Part shown: in pieces, positions 11,003-20,642 of the stretch
How the letters are laid out: each line of letters begins with the position of its first letter
Position numbering within the stretch: the stretch's first letter is position 1
Assembly: GCA_022813865.1 (NCBI GenBank)
Contig: JALDZX010000070.1
Span: 1 to 64,000 of the forward strand
Direction: 5' to 3'
DNA from: Xylographa opegraphella
Lineage: Eukaryota
DNA length: 64,000 nucleotides
Made by a program: the position numbers and the translations under genes
The notes under the pieces: generated by a model
Told to the model about the DNA's origin: nothing
The model's input: the letters and a program-made list of their open reading frames with translations, nothing else
Databases searched by the model: none

Positions 11003-12030
11003 ATGCGCCTCACGGCTGAGCTCATCCAATCCTCCCTTTCCTACCTCAACCCCCTCAAGGAGCGCGAATTAGATCTTAGAGGTGCGTACAAGCTGAAAAG
11101 AGCAGATACTACACTTTGAAGGAATGAGCTCCATTGATATCATTTCCGAGATATGCAGGCCACAGAATACCCGCGGTGGAAAACTTGGGTGTTGCAAAAG
11201 TTTGTCTATTGGCCTAAATCTGTGTATATTGCTTATCCGAGGATCAGGACCAAGACGCAATCGACTTCACAGACAACGACATCACTGCTCTCGCCAACTT
11301 CCCCCTTTCGCCACGACTACATACCCTACTGCTTGCACGCAATCGTGTTACCAGTATTCAGCCTAACCTCGCAACTTCCTTACCGAATTTGACTACCCTT
11401 GTCCTGACATCAAATAACTTTGCGGAGTTGGCGGACTTGGATGCGCTAAGACAGTTCTCGAAGCTTACACATTTGACACTGCTGGAGAATCCGGTCACGA
11501 GAAGAGAAGTTCGTCCATGGAGTCGTGATGGAATGGATCGGGGCTAATTGGACCATCTCTACAGAACTATCGTCACTGGATCATATGGCGTTGCCCAAGT
11601 GTCCGTTTCCTCGACTATCAGAAGGTGAAAGACGTAGAGCGTGAGAAGGCGACTGAGCTCTTCGGGACCGTCCAGGAGCCGTCAGCGTTGGCTTCGAAGG
11701 CATGTTTGCTTCGTTTTCACCATTCCTTAACATTGAAACGCTACAAATATGCTGCCTCGTTTACAACGTCTTTCTGTAGGATGCTAACTATCTGTTCAAC
11801 AGATCATGGGCATCAAATCCCGCACCTTTGATATCCCGAACAACGCCTCCACGCCAGTCAACGGTATGAAGTCCTACCGCGTCAAACTCACAGAAAAGGA
11901 GAAGAAGCGGGTTGAAGACTTGATCCGTAACGCAAAAAGTCTGCAAGAAATATCGCGGCTGGAGAAGGAGCTGAACGAAGGGCGGATACCGGGCGGTGCG
12001 ATGGGAGGTGGGGATGACATGGAGGAGTAG
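11003..12030 (+). CDS. LEA1: U2 snRNP protein A' (leucine-rich repeat); 5 exons
   Basis: Spliced MRLTAELIQSSLSYLNPLKERELDLRGHRIPAVENLGVAKDQDAIDFTDNDI...LENPVTRRENYRHWIIWRCPSVRFLDYQKVK...IRNAKSLQEISRLEKELNEGRIP. Introns at ~11082-11158, 11200-11247, ~11509-11564 and 11700-11802 (GC-AG). Confidence 0.95.
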
Positions 12031-12550
12031 AGTATGCATAGCTAGAACAGCAAGAAATCAAAAGTGTATTAGGTCCTCTCTACTACTGCATATCGTGACT
12101 GAGCAATGAGGTTGGCCGAACGGAAAAGGTCCAAATCCATACTTCCTTTTCTATAATAAATTCAAATTTCATTCCAAGGCAACCTGATACTTGCTCGTCC
12201 CGTTTCAACAGGATCGCTACGCCTGACCCCAGATATCTGGGATGCCGAAGCAGTTCCAGAGAACAACGATAAGCACAAACCCAATAAAAAAAGACCCCAT
12301 GTATAGAGCAGACATATCTTCGCTCCTGACAACCTAGAGACATTACCCAACCACCAAGGCACACCTCTTCTCACATATCCCTTCTCAAGCTTCCTTTCTC
12401 CTCTGTAAGACCCTCTGTAAAACAAGCTGTAGACCTATCACATAAGTAGTAAGAGCCGTTTCGTTCGATCTTGTTTCCAGATTCCATCCACGTCGTGGCT
12501 GGCACAGGTCACTTTGCTAGATCGGGGCACGCGCTCAGGAAGCTTGAAAA

Positions 12551-12590
12551 TGGTCCAGCGTGAGGGGGCCTCTCGCTAAATATACAACGT
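12551..12590 (-). repeat. 40-bp dispersed motif, copy 2
   Basis: Minus strand acgttgtatatttagcgagaggccccctcacgctggacca, 34/40 identical to 4439-4478. Contains the hairpin AGCG-A-GAGG/CCTC-A-CGCT. Confidence 0.7.
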
Positions 12591-12621
12591 GCTGCAGAGT
12601 CACAGAGCCACAAAAAAGAAA

Positions 12622-12755
12622 TCGACGGGTGCAGGATTCGAACCAAGGACCTAAAAAGCACGCTAGCGTGGGTATCCCAGGTCTGAGCCTCAACAATCGA
12701 GGAATTCTCCGGAGAACAGAAGTCTTGCTGATGCCACAGCTCCACCACCACGATC
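12622..12755 (-). pseudogene. Degenerate tRNA-like gene (Arg-TCT-like) with a ~60-nt insert at the canonical intron position
   Basis: A-box-like TGGTGGAG, anticodon-arm-like CAAGA-CT-TCT-G (TCT at 12720-12718), AGGTC variable region, perfect B-box GGTTCGAATCC (12644-12634), then TTTCTTTTTT. Acceptor and T stems pair imperfectly. Confidence 0.55.
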
Positions 12756-12788
12756 GTGCAAGAAGCCCAAAAAAAGAAAGTGATTGTT

Positions 12789-13005
12789 GCATACAGCTAG
12801 TTTGGTTTCACTGACCACCCAGATCTGCACTTGGCGCAATGCTTGGCACCCTCTGAGCTTGGGATTAGATTTCGTCCTAGGAACAACCTGCCTATGGGAG
12901 TACTTTGCATCCCCAGGGACCTACTAACAAACCTAGGGAAGGTAGGTTGTATGGCGCAAGCCTCTTGGCAAGATTGCCCAATTTCCCGACCCCTTGGCCG
13001 TATGC
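12789..13005 (-). ncRNA. Expanded 5S rRNA-like sequence (217 nt) with a ~100-nt insertion; function unknown
   Basis: The ends GCATACGGC/GCTGTATGC form a 9-bp helix I. The first 40 nt match the 5S at 2891 at 23/40 without gaps. TTAGTAG is retained, and the 3' block CAGTGAAACCAAACTAGCTGTATG parallels CAGCGAATCCCAGCTGTTGTATG. TATATA at -31..-26 and T7 downstream. Confidence 0.65.
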
Positions 13006-13030
13006 ATCTGCCAAAACTTCTTATTTTTAA

Positions 13031-13036
13031 TATATA
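13031..13036 (-). promoter_or_regulatory. TATA box upstream of the 5S-like sequence
   Basis: Minus strand GAGGTATATATTAAAAATAA. TATATA lies 26-31 nt upstream of the inferred +1 at 13005. Confidence 0.5.
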
Positions 13037-13080
13037 CCTCAACTCCTGCACCTCCTGGTAAGGCTGCACACTTGGCCATC

Positions 13081-13730
13081 GCCCACACCTCGATGCACTT
13101 CCTCATTGCTCGTAGGTACACCTTGTTGTTGCCTACCTTACCTTATACTCTTCTTCTTTATTGCATGCGCACCTGTCCATCTTGCCCATGCATCTCTTTG
13201 CGACCGATGCACTCGGTCGTGCGACTGTCCACACGCTTCCTTCCTGCCCACACACTTCCTCATTGCCCATACACTTCGTCTTCGCCCACACAGTGTGCTG
13301 CTCTCCCCTATACTCTGTATTGCGACCGATGCACTTTGTCACGTGACAGCCCACACACTTCTCATTGCCCATACACTTCGTCGTCGCCCACACATTGTAC
13401 TGCTGTCCACGATACTCTTTATTGCAACCGATGCACTTTGTCGCGCGACAACGCATATATCATCCTCGCTCTCAGATCTTCTCACACACGTCAACAGCTC
13501 ACAATACGAGCCCCAATCACACGCAAAGTTCCATGTTGCCATGCTCTTTCTTTGGGACTAATGCGCATCATCGCACAACTGCGCACACAACTCAATGTCG
13601 CCATTGTATATTCGCCACCCACCAAACACGAAACACTTCCGTTATCCCCAACACAGTTTCTCATCGCCTCTTTCGTTTACTTATTGCCCGAGGTCTTGAT
13701 TGCGGTCCATGAACTTGGTCGTGCGACCAC
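13081..13730. repeat. Imperfect tandem array (~100-150 bp period) with a hairpin-forming core
   Basis: Core TTGCGACCGATGCACTYKGTCGYGCGAC or degenerate versions start at 13198, 13320, 13422, 13552 and 13700. The block gcccacacactt(c)ctcattgcccatacacttcgtc(t/g)tcgcccacaca is also repeated. Confidence 0.85.
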
Positions 13731-14331
13731 GCACATGTCCCTGCCACCATCACATAGAGGCTTATATACATGTCTCGTCGACACGTATTTCAATTTTGCG
13801 CCCACGTCATCGAGACATCTGGGCCTGCATACGATGATAGCCCTCCATCAAGGTTCGCTTCGACACAAGTCATCTGGTCAGCACAAGGTATATCGTTATT
13901 GATCGGGTCGAGATTCTTCACGAAAGCAGTCGGAAGGCCTCTGTCCGACCACATGAGGTTGAAATATGCATTAGCGCCATTTTACCCCACAATTCCACCT
14001 CCCTTGGCGCCAAGAGTCTGCAGTCTCATACATCCCAGTCCAGTTTGCCGGAAGCCAATAATCGGTCGTCCATGCAAATAGAATTGCTATCCCGACCCAG
14101 TCATCAATCAGTCATCTATCATGAAGATATCTGATTCTACAAAAATGCAACGACCATCTCCCCATATATCAGTCCTTCGCATTCTGCCTATATCCAATGG
14201 ACCCTAACAGTGTAACCGGCCTCTAACTAGCCCTCACTTAGACCTGCCTCTCAGCTACCCCAGCATGACCTTCTAATCTCGTCACCATCTCCCCAGCTGT
14301 TCCATCATCCACAACTTCCACAACTTCCACA

Positions 14332-15892
14332 ATGCCCGAACGCAAGAGCATCGTGTTCTTCCACCCCGATCTCGGCATCGGTGGCGCCGAGCGCCTCATC
14401 ATCGACGCTGCCGTCGGCCTGCAAACGCTCGGCCACCGCGTCACGATCTTCACCTCCCACCGAGACCTCACGCACTGCTTCGACGAAGCCCGAGATGGTA
14501 AAATCCCGCCATCCTCCCTCCCTATGCCCTTTCCAGAGAACCGCTTAGCTAACCCAGAATTTCCTCCGCCAGGCACGCTCGACGTCCGCGTGCGGGGCGG
14601 CTTCCTGTTCCCCGCGACGCTTCTCGGGCGCTTTCAGATCCTGCTCACCATCCTGCGGCACTACCACCTGCTCTGCACTATCTCGCTGAACGGCGAGCTT
14701 GCTGCGCTGAAGCCGACGGCTTTCTTCATCGACCAGCTCTCTGCGGGCATTCCCTTCCTGCGCTACCGTTTCCCCGAAACGCATATATTGTTCTACTGTC
14801 ATTTCCCGGACCTGCTTCTCGTGAAGCAGCGCCAGCGGTGGGTGACGCGCCTCTGGAGGCTGCCGTTCGATGCGGTGGAGGGGTGGAGCATGCAGGGCGC
14901 GGATCGGGTGGTGGTGAACAGCGAATTTACGAAAGGGGTGGTGGAGGGAGTGTGGAAGGGATTGGGGGGGAAGAGAGGCGTGGGGGTCGTGTATCCGTGT
15001 GTGGATATCAAGAGTGATAATGGCGGGGACCAGAAAGCGTTGTCGGAGAAGGATTTGTGGGGCGGCAAGAAGATTGTCTTGAGTATCAATCGTTTCGAGA
15101 AGAAAAAGGATGTCGGTCTGGCGATCAAAGCGTTCGCAGGGCTCAATGCGAATGACAGGCGCGGAACTCGGCTTGTCATTGCTGGTATGAGCAGTGGTTC
15201 TATTGTATCCGGCGTACGTGTGCTAAATCTGCGTAGGAGGGTATGACAACCGAGTGCCGGAAAACGTTTCCTACCATGCCGAACTCCTCTCGCTAGCCGA
15301 GAGTCTCAGCCTCACCACCGCTACCGCGAAGAACATCATCACTGCTCTAAGTATCCCGGACGAGATAGAGGTGCTGTTCCTGCTCTCCATACCCGGCCAA
15401 CTCAAGTCGATGCTCCTCGACGCTGCAAAACTACTCGTCTACACACCCTTGAACGAGCATTTCGGCATTGTCCCCCTCGAAGCCATGCTCTCCGGAGTGC
15501 CAGTTTTGGCCGCCAATTGTGGCGGCCCGCTCGAAACCGTCGTTGATGGCCAGACAGGTTGGCTGCGGGACCCAGAGAAGGTGGAAGACTGGACGGAAGT
15601 GATGCGTCAGGTCTTATTTGAGACTTCTGCCGCTCAGCTGAAAGAAATGGGCGAGGCAGGCAGAGAGCGCGCGGAAACGGAGTTTTCGGAATCGAAGATG
15701 TCGCAAAAACTGGACCACGAACTGGAAGATATGGTCAGTAGACCGCGTGTCAAGGCGCTGGAGATACAAGATATCTTGTTGCTTGTGGGTATTTTTGGCT
15801 TGTGGGTTGTTGTGATGGTCAGCTTATTGAGAGGGCCCTTAGTAGCTGCGGCAACAGCTTCTCGACAAGCTGCAGCGTCTCAAGAAGTGTGA
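14332..15892 (+). CDS. ALG2: Alpha-1,3/1,6-mannosyltransferase ALG2 (GT4); 3 exons
   Basis: FFHPDLGIGGAERLIIDAAVGLQ, FYCHFPDLLL, LSINRFEKKKDVGLAI, GGYDNRVPEN and YTPLNEHFGIVPLEAM. Introns at 14498-14572 (in frame) and 15185-15236. Confidence 0.97.
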
Positions 15893-16614
15893 TGGTGGCT
15901 TCGTGCTTGTGTATATACCCATACTGTTCAAGCTGAAGTGACATTGTATATAGTGCTTCGGTGGATGACATTCTATACAGTGTACGCAATGCTTGCTTGT
16001 CGATTTACCGCTTTACTATTGGCATGATTGAATGCAACGATGCCAGCACCGTGTCGAAACAATGTGGCTGTATATGGCAGCGCAAAATGCCATGTTCTGT
16101 CGACGCATACAGCTCGATTCACTGGGAATGTAGCAAAAGACAGAGCATCTTCATAAGTCACAAGTATTCTAAAGTTACCTGAGGAGTGAGCTGCACTGGA
16201 TATTCCATTATTTGACCTTGATGATCTATATCCAATAATGCTAGTCTATGCACATGGTGGAAAGATGTTAGCGCATGAAGCCCGCGGTCTAGTCAGTGGC
16301 GCCAAGTAGTGCTTGTTGCCTCGAGACATATTAATACCCAATCAGCGTGGAGTTAAATAGGCAAGTTTGCAAGGAAGGCGTGTGGATGGACAGGATAAGG
16401 TACACGGGTATGGAGTGGAGAAGAAGGACGGTGCGGATTGAGGGGTTCAGGCGCGTTTGATGCAAGGGTGTTTGCGTATCACTTTTATGACGGAATGCTC
16501 TTTAGTATTCCACAATATCAAACCTGCTTCATCATCCCACGCTGACCGTGCGTTCCATCATATTATGCTTCCATTCACTAATGGGTCCTCTATTCCGCAG
16601 TTCGTGACTGTGTG

Positions 16615-19600
16615 ATGGCGAGCGTCGACAGTGGCAGTAAACAGCACCCGCCGTCTCGGAGCAGTAGCACAACCTCCTCAACAAGCAATAAATCGAACCG
16701 CAATCATACCAAGCCTAGAAAGCTGTCCTCTGCCACGTCGACTACCCAAAGAACGCCGACTACAACTGACACTGACAAATCTCTTACTTCGTTCCCTTCA
16801 CTTTCGCCGGAGAACTCACCGTACCTGAAAGATGAGAGGAACCCCCTGATTGATCTGTCTCTACATTCTGCTTCCGGCAAACTACCTCGGTTAGCAAAAC
16901 ATAAACCATCTATTGTTGAAAGCTTAACAGCACATTCCCAGTCTTTTCGTGGTCGATCAGCACTTTTTGAAGACTCACCAACCAGTACCACACAAAATGT
17001 TCCCGGAGCCCTTCATTACGCAAGTAATGATCATATTCGACGCCTCGTCTCACGTGTCGGGGCTGTGGTTCTTGTTAGGCAACTAGCAGAGGATATAGCA
17101 CAACGGGATGCAGAGATAACGGCACTGCGGCGGAGAGCGGAGGAAAGAGAGCGGGAATTGAAAAAAATGTTGAGAGAGGTTGAGGTATCGAACTTGGATA
17201 TTGAAAAAAGGTTACACCATCTGGACAACCCTGTGGTAAAGACGCCAAATGGTAAAGCTGAAGCACTCTCCATCGGCTCGAGGTCTGGTAGCCGGAAGGG
17301 AGCTTCAAGTGGACCAAATGGCATTGACGAGATAATGGACGAAGCCATCAAGGATGATTTGGATACCAATATGGGTCTAGAAGAAAATTACATCGATGCT
17401 CTTCAAAACCATGACAAGCAAGCCACCATTCGGGCAAAGCCTCTCGGATTTGGGGACTTGGACCGTGCATCGATTAACTCGAATGCCGATTCTCCAGACA
17501 ATACAAGGGGAGCTGCAAAAGGTTGGAAAGACTATCTATGGAATGGTAATGGTACAAGTCGCAAAACGAGTAGAGCGAGCAGTATTGTCAATGGCAATGA
17601 TGAGACTGCTCAAGGGGTTGCACGTTCTCGTGCTCATAGTGGAGCCACAGCTAGGCGCAAGGGTTTGAATGAGACCTTGTTCAGACCACCACGTCGGACA
17701 TCTGACATTGATGAAAGCGATGTGCATGAAACGGGTGAGGGTGACTCGGACCACGGAATGGAAAAGGCACGAGCTTCGTCAATGACTTCTTGGACTCTGA
17801 AATTGTTTGCTGGAAATCCTCAAGGATCTCGAGATGGCGATAGCCAGAGTACGATGAGAGGAAGGTCTGTTACGAACGGAGAGACCGCCTTGAAAGGCTC
17901 TCGAACTGGATCCATAGCTTCCGCCAAAACCACGAGCTCAGCAAGGGCGTCACTTATGAGGGTCAGTAGCAGGTCTTCGATGCCTCAACCCCTACGGAAA
18001 ACCTTTCAACCTATCAACTTAGCACTTAACGGCACATTGAAAAGCCCTTTACAGGCGGATCATAATGGTGTATCACCAGGCAGTCCAGGTTCTGTAGATA
18101 CAGCTCGTAATCTTGGTCCTGTGGAAATGGACACCATCTTACCACATGGAACACGACCTCCGACTTTGACACCGTCTTATTACAATATTGACGATGCTAC
18201 AGACTACTTGACAGATCGGTTTGGGTTTATTTACGACGAGCGTCGCAAAAAAAAAGAGGCTGAAGCATTCGCAAACCTCAGTAGAGACAAGCGCACCGCG
18301 ACCAGAGAGATGTTAAGCAATGCTAAAGACTCTGAAGCCGACGCTGTGGAGATCCATCATCAACAAGCAAACCGGCCTGATACACCGATCTCGACAGACG
18401 AAAGGATAGAGGATAAACCAGCCAAAAAATGGCAAGATTATCTCAAAATTGCTACATTTCCTACAGAATTACTTTCGCACACTCCGACATCCGGGACGTT
18501 CCTCAAGGTAGCGAATGCTGACATAAAGGCGTCCTTGAAGCGATCCCCTACCTTTGGAGAGTATGGTGCAAGTCCACCCACTCAGAGTCCGAATCCTCTC
18601 CCTTTGGCGTTGTCCATAACAGCAGGAAATGCAGAAATAGCAAAGCCGTCAATTACAAGCCTAACGACTTCCACGACACCTGCCGCAACCGAGGCAGAGC
18701 CAGTGAAGTTATTACTCGCTCAGCTTACTGAGCTGCATGACTCGTTGCAGCGTGATAAGACGGCCAAGTGGAATGAGTTCTTGAGAAAGATCCGTGCCGA
18801 GCGACGTAAAGAAGGTGAACTAGCATCTGCAACAGACGCCAGGTCCCAACAGGCCGATATGCCAGAAGCATCACTTGCGGATGGTGAAATCATTGGGATC
18901 GCTACGCTTGGTAGCAAAGGAAGAGTAGGACGAGCCAAGTACAAGGAATTCAAGTTTCTGGTACTCGGAGGCATACCGGTTGCTCATCGAGCCAAGATCT
19001 GGGCGGAATGTAGTGGTGCCACTGGTCTCCGCGTGCCAGGATACTACGACGAGCTTGTCACCAACGGTGTCGACGACCCAATCATACTTGCTCAAATCCA
19101 GATGGACATCAATCGGACTTTGACAGACAATGTTTACTTTCGCAGGGGGCCCGGTGTGGTCAAGCTCAACGAGGTCCTGCTAGCGTACTCGCGCCGCAAC
19201 CCGGAAGTAGGCTACTGCCAAGGCATGAATCTCATCACAGCATCTCTCCTTCTCATCATGCCAACTGCCGAAGACGCATTTTGGATCCTGGTCTCCATGA
19301 TCGAGAACATTCTCCCGCGTCACTACTATGATAACTCACTACTCACCAGCAGAGCCGATCAGCAAGTTTTGCGCCAGTACGTGTCGGAGCTCTTGCCACG
19401 CCTCTCGGGACATCTGGAGGACTTGAGTATTGAACTGGAAGCTTTGACCTTTCAATGGTTCTTGTCACTATTCACTGATTGCCTGTCAGGTGAAGCTCTC
19501 TATCGGGTATGGGATGTCCTGCTCTGTTGTAAAGATGAGGATGGAAATGGCGGCTCAACATTCCTCTTCCAAGTTGCGCTGGCCTTGCTCAAGCTGAATG

Positions 19601-19932
19601 AGACTCAACTGATCAATTGTGAGACGCCTGGAGAAGTCTACGCCTACCTTGGTGGAGAGATTACCAACCATGCAATAAGTATCGACGGGTTGATCAGGGC
19701 AAGCGAGGGTCTCAAAGGACTTGTCAGACGAGTGGACGTGGAAGACCGAAGAGCCAAGTGGGTGGCTTTTGAGGAGGAAACTATTCGAGAAAGAGAGGAG
19801 ATAAGGCGTGAGGGACATTCTAGGATGGCTAGCAAAAGCGAAGACAACGTTGCGAACAGGCGCGAGGCCAAAGATGACGACCTCGGCGACATTCTTCTAC
19901 GGCCTCAGTCGCCAAAGTCGACTGACAACTGA
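16615..19932 (+). CDS. TBC-domain Rab GTPase-activating protein with N-terminal coiled coil
   Basis: Single long ORF with DRFGF, GGIPVAHRAKIW, QIQMDINRT (Arg finger), GYCQGMN (Gln finger) and FQWFLSLF. Confidence 0.93.
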   Translation: MASVDSGSKQHPPSRSSSTTSSTSNKSNRNHTKPRKLSSATSTTQRTPTTTDTDKSLTSFPSLSPENSPYLKDERNPLIDLSLHSASGKLPRLAKHKPSIVESLTAHSQSFRGRSALFEDSPTSTTQNVPGALHYASNDHIRRLVSRVGAVVLVRQLAEDIAQRDAEITALRRRAEERERELKKMLREVEVSNLDIEKRLHHLDNPVVKTPNGKAEALSIGSRSGSRKGASSGPNGIDEIMDEAIKDDLDTNMGLEENYIDALQNHDKQATIRAKPLGFGDLDRASINSNADSPDNTRGAAKGWKDYLWNGNGTSRKTSRASSIVNGNDETAQGVARSRAHSGATARRKGLNETLFRPPRRTSDIDESDVHETGEGDSDHGMEKARASSMTSWTLKLFAGNPQGSRDGDSQSTMRGRSVTNGETALKGSRTGSIASAKTTSSARASLMRVSSRSSMPQPLRKTFQPINLALNGTLKSPLQADHNGVSPGSPGSVDTARNLGPVEMDTILPHGTRPPTLTPSYYNIDDATDYLTDRFGFIYDERRKKKEAEAFANLSRDKRTATREMLSNAKDSEADAVEIHHQQANRPDTPISTDERIEDKPAKKWQDYLKIATFPTELLSHTPTSGTFLKVANADIKASLKRSPTFGEYGASPPTQSPNPLPLALSITAGNAEIAKPSITSLTTSTTPAATEAEPVKLLLAQLTELHDSLQRDKTAKWNEFLRKIRAERRKEGELASATDARSQQADMPEASLADGEIIGIATLGSKGRVGRAKYKEFKFLVLGGIPVAHRAKIWAECSGATGLRVPGYYDELVTNGVDDPIILAQIQMDINRTLTDNVYFRRGPGVVKLNEVLLAYSRRNPEVGYCQGMNLITASLLLIMPTAEDAFWILVSMIENILPRHYYDNSLLTSRADQQVLRQYVSELLPRLSGHLEDLSIELEALTFQWFLSLFTDCLSGEALYRVWDVLLCCKDEDGNGGSTFLFQVALALLKLNETQLINCETPGEVYAYLGGEITNHAISIDGLIRASEGLKGLVRRVDVEDRRAKWVAFEEETIREREEIRREGHSRMASKSEDNVANRREAKDDDLGDILLRPQSPKSTDN

Positions 19933-20044
19933 TGTATTGATTCGCAATGTTTGAATTTCTCCTCAATGATACCCTTTTGTATTTAAGAGCATATCTGTCG
20001 ATGACCTGATCTCGACCCTTGTGTGTGTTGAGTATGATGTTCTA

Positions 20045-20642
20045 TTACATACGTTGCCTTTTCCGTTGTACGCCTGGAGACTCAAGGCACTCGATTAAGT
20101 CTAGGAGCAACAACTCATCGCTCCTGCGATTATTCGTCGTACTCCCCTGAGCCCTGTTTTCCTCACCCCATTCCCAAGCTTCAAAATCGAACGTCGACTG
20201 GCCTTTGTTTCCTTTTTTGCAATATGGTGAATTGCTGGCAGAGCTACTCTTCCCGCTTCCGCTGCCGATATCATAGCTCTCATCATCCGTCCAGTCGATG
20301 CATGTACAATGCTGTGCGCAAATACTCGAGATCAAGTATCGATTTTCAGGATCGTTGCAGTACGGATGGTCGCCGGGCCGCCGTCCTTCACAATGACAAT
20401 TGAGACTTGACCGACAGTATATCCAGAGACTGCGTATATGTGCAGGCGACGTGAGAGGAGGGTATACGTCCGGCGCTATAGAGGGAAGTGGTATAGGAGC
20501 GCAGTCAACGTCCTGGGAGGAAGGACAGTTGGCATGTAAGGCTGCTGTAAGTGTTGAGTGGGAGAGAACCTACTAAAGCGCGGACGAGAGTCACAGAGCC
20601 GGTAGAGAGCAGTACGAGAAGAAGCGATCCTCGACCGAGCAT
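20045..20642 (-). CDS. Small secreted cysteine-rich protein (~178 aa); 2 exons
   Basis: Exon 1 (20642-20574) encodes MLGRGSLLLVLLSTGSVTLVRAL. Intron GTAGGT...CCCAG at 20573-20513. Exon 2 runs in frame as DVDCAPIPLP...YCRSSLNCHCEG..PYCND..ICAQHCTCIDW to the stop at 20045. Confidence 0.7.

Noticed and set aside
13198..13730. CRISPR-like look of spaced palindromic cores
   Set aside because: The context is eukaryotic, there are no cas genes, spacing is irregular, and the intervening sequences are homologous to each other.
12994..13902. 302-aa + strand ORF rich in His/Cys/Thr
   Set aside because: It starts at TTG and runs through the repeat array, whose periods (122, 130, 148) are mostly not multiples of three. 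Several frames are open, which is typical of low-complexity repeats.
14201..14208. ACCCTAAC as a telomerase RNA template
   Set aside because: The match is too short, lies in the ALG2 promoter, and no supporting pseudoknot or CR4/5-like elements were seen.
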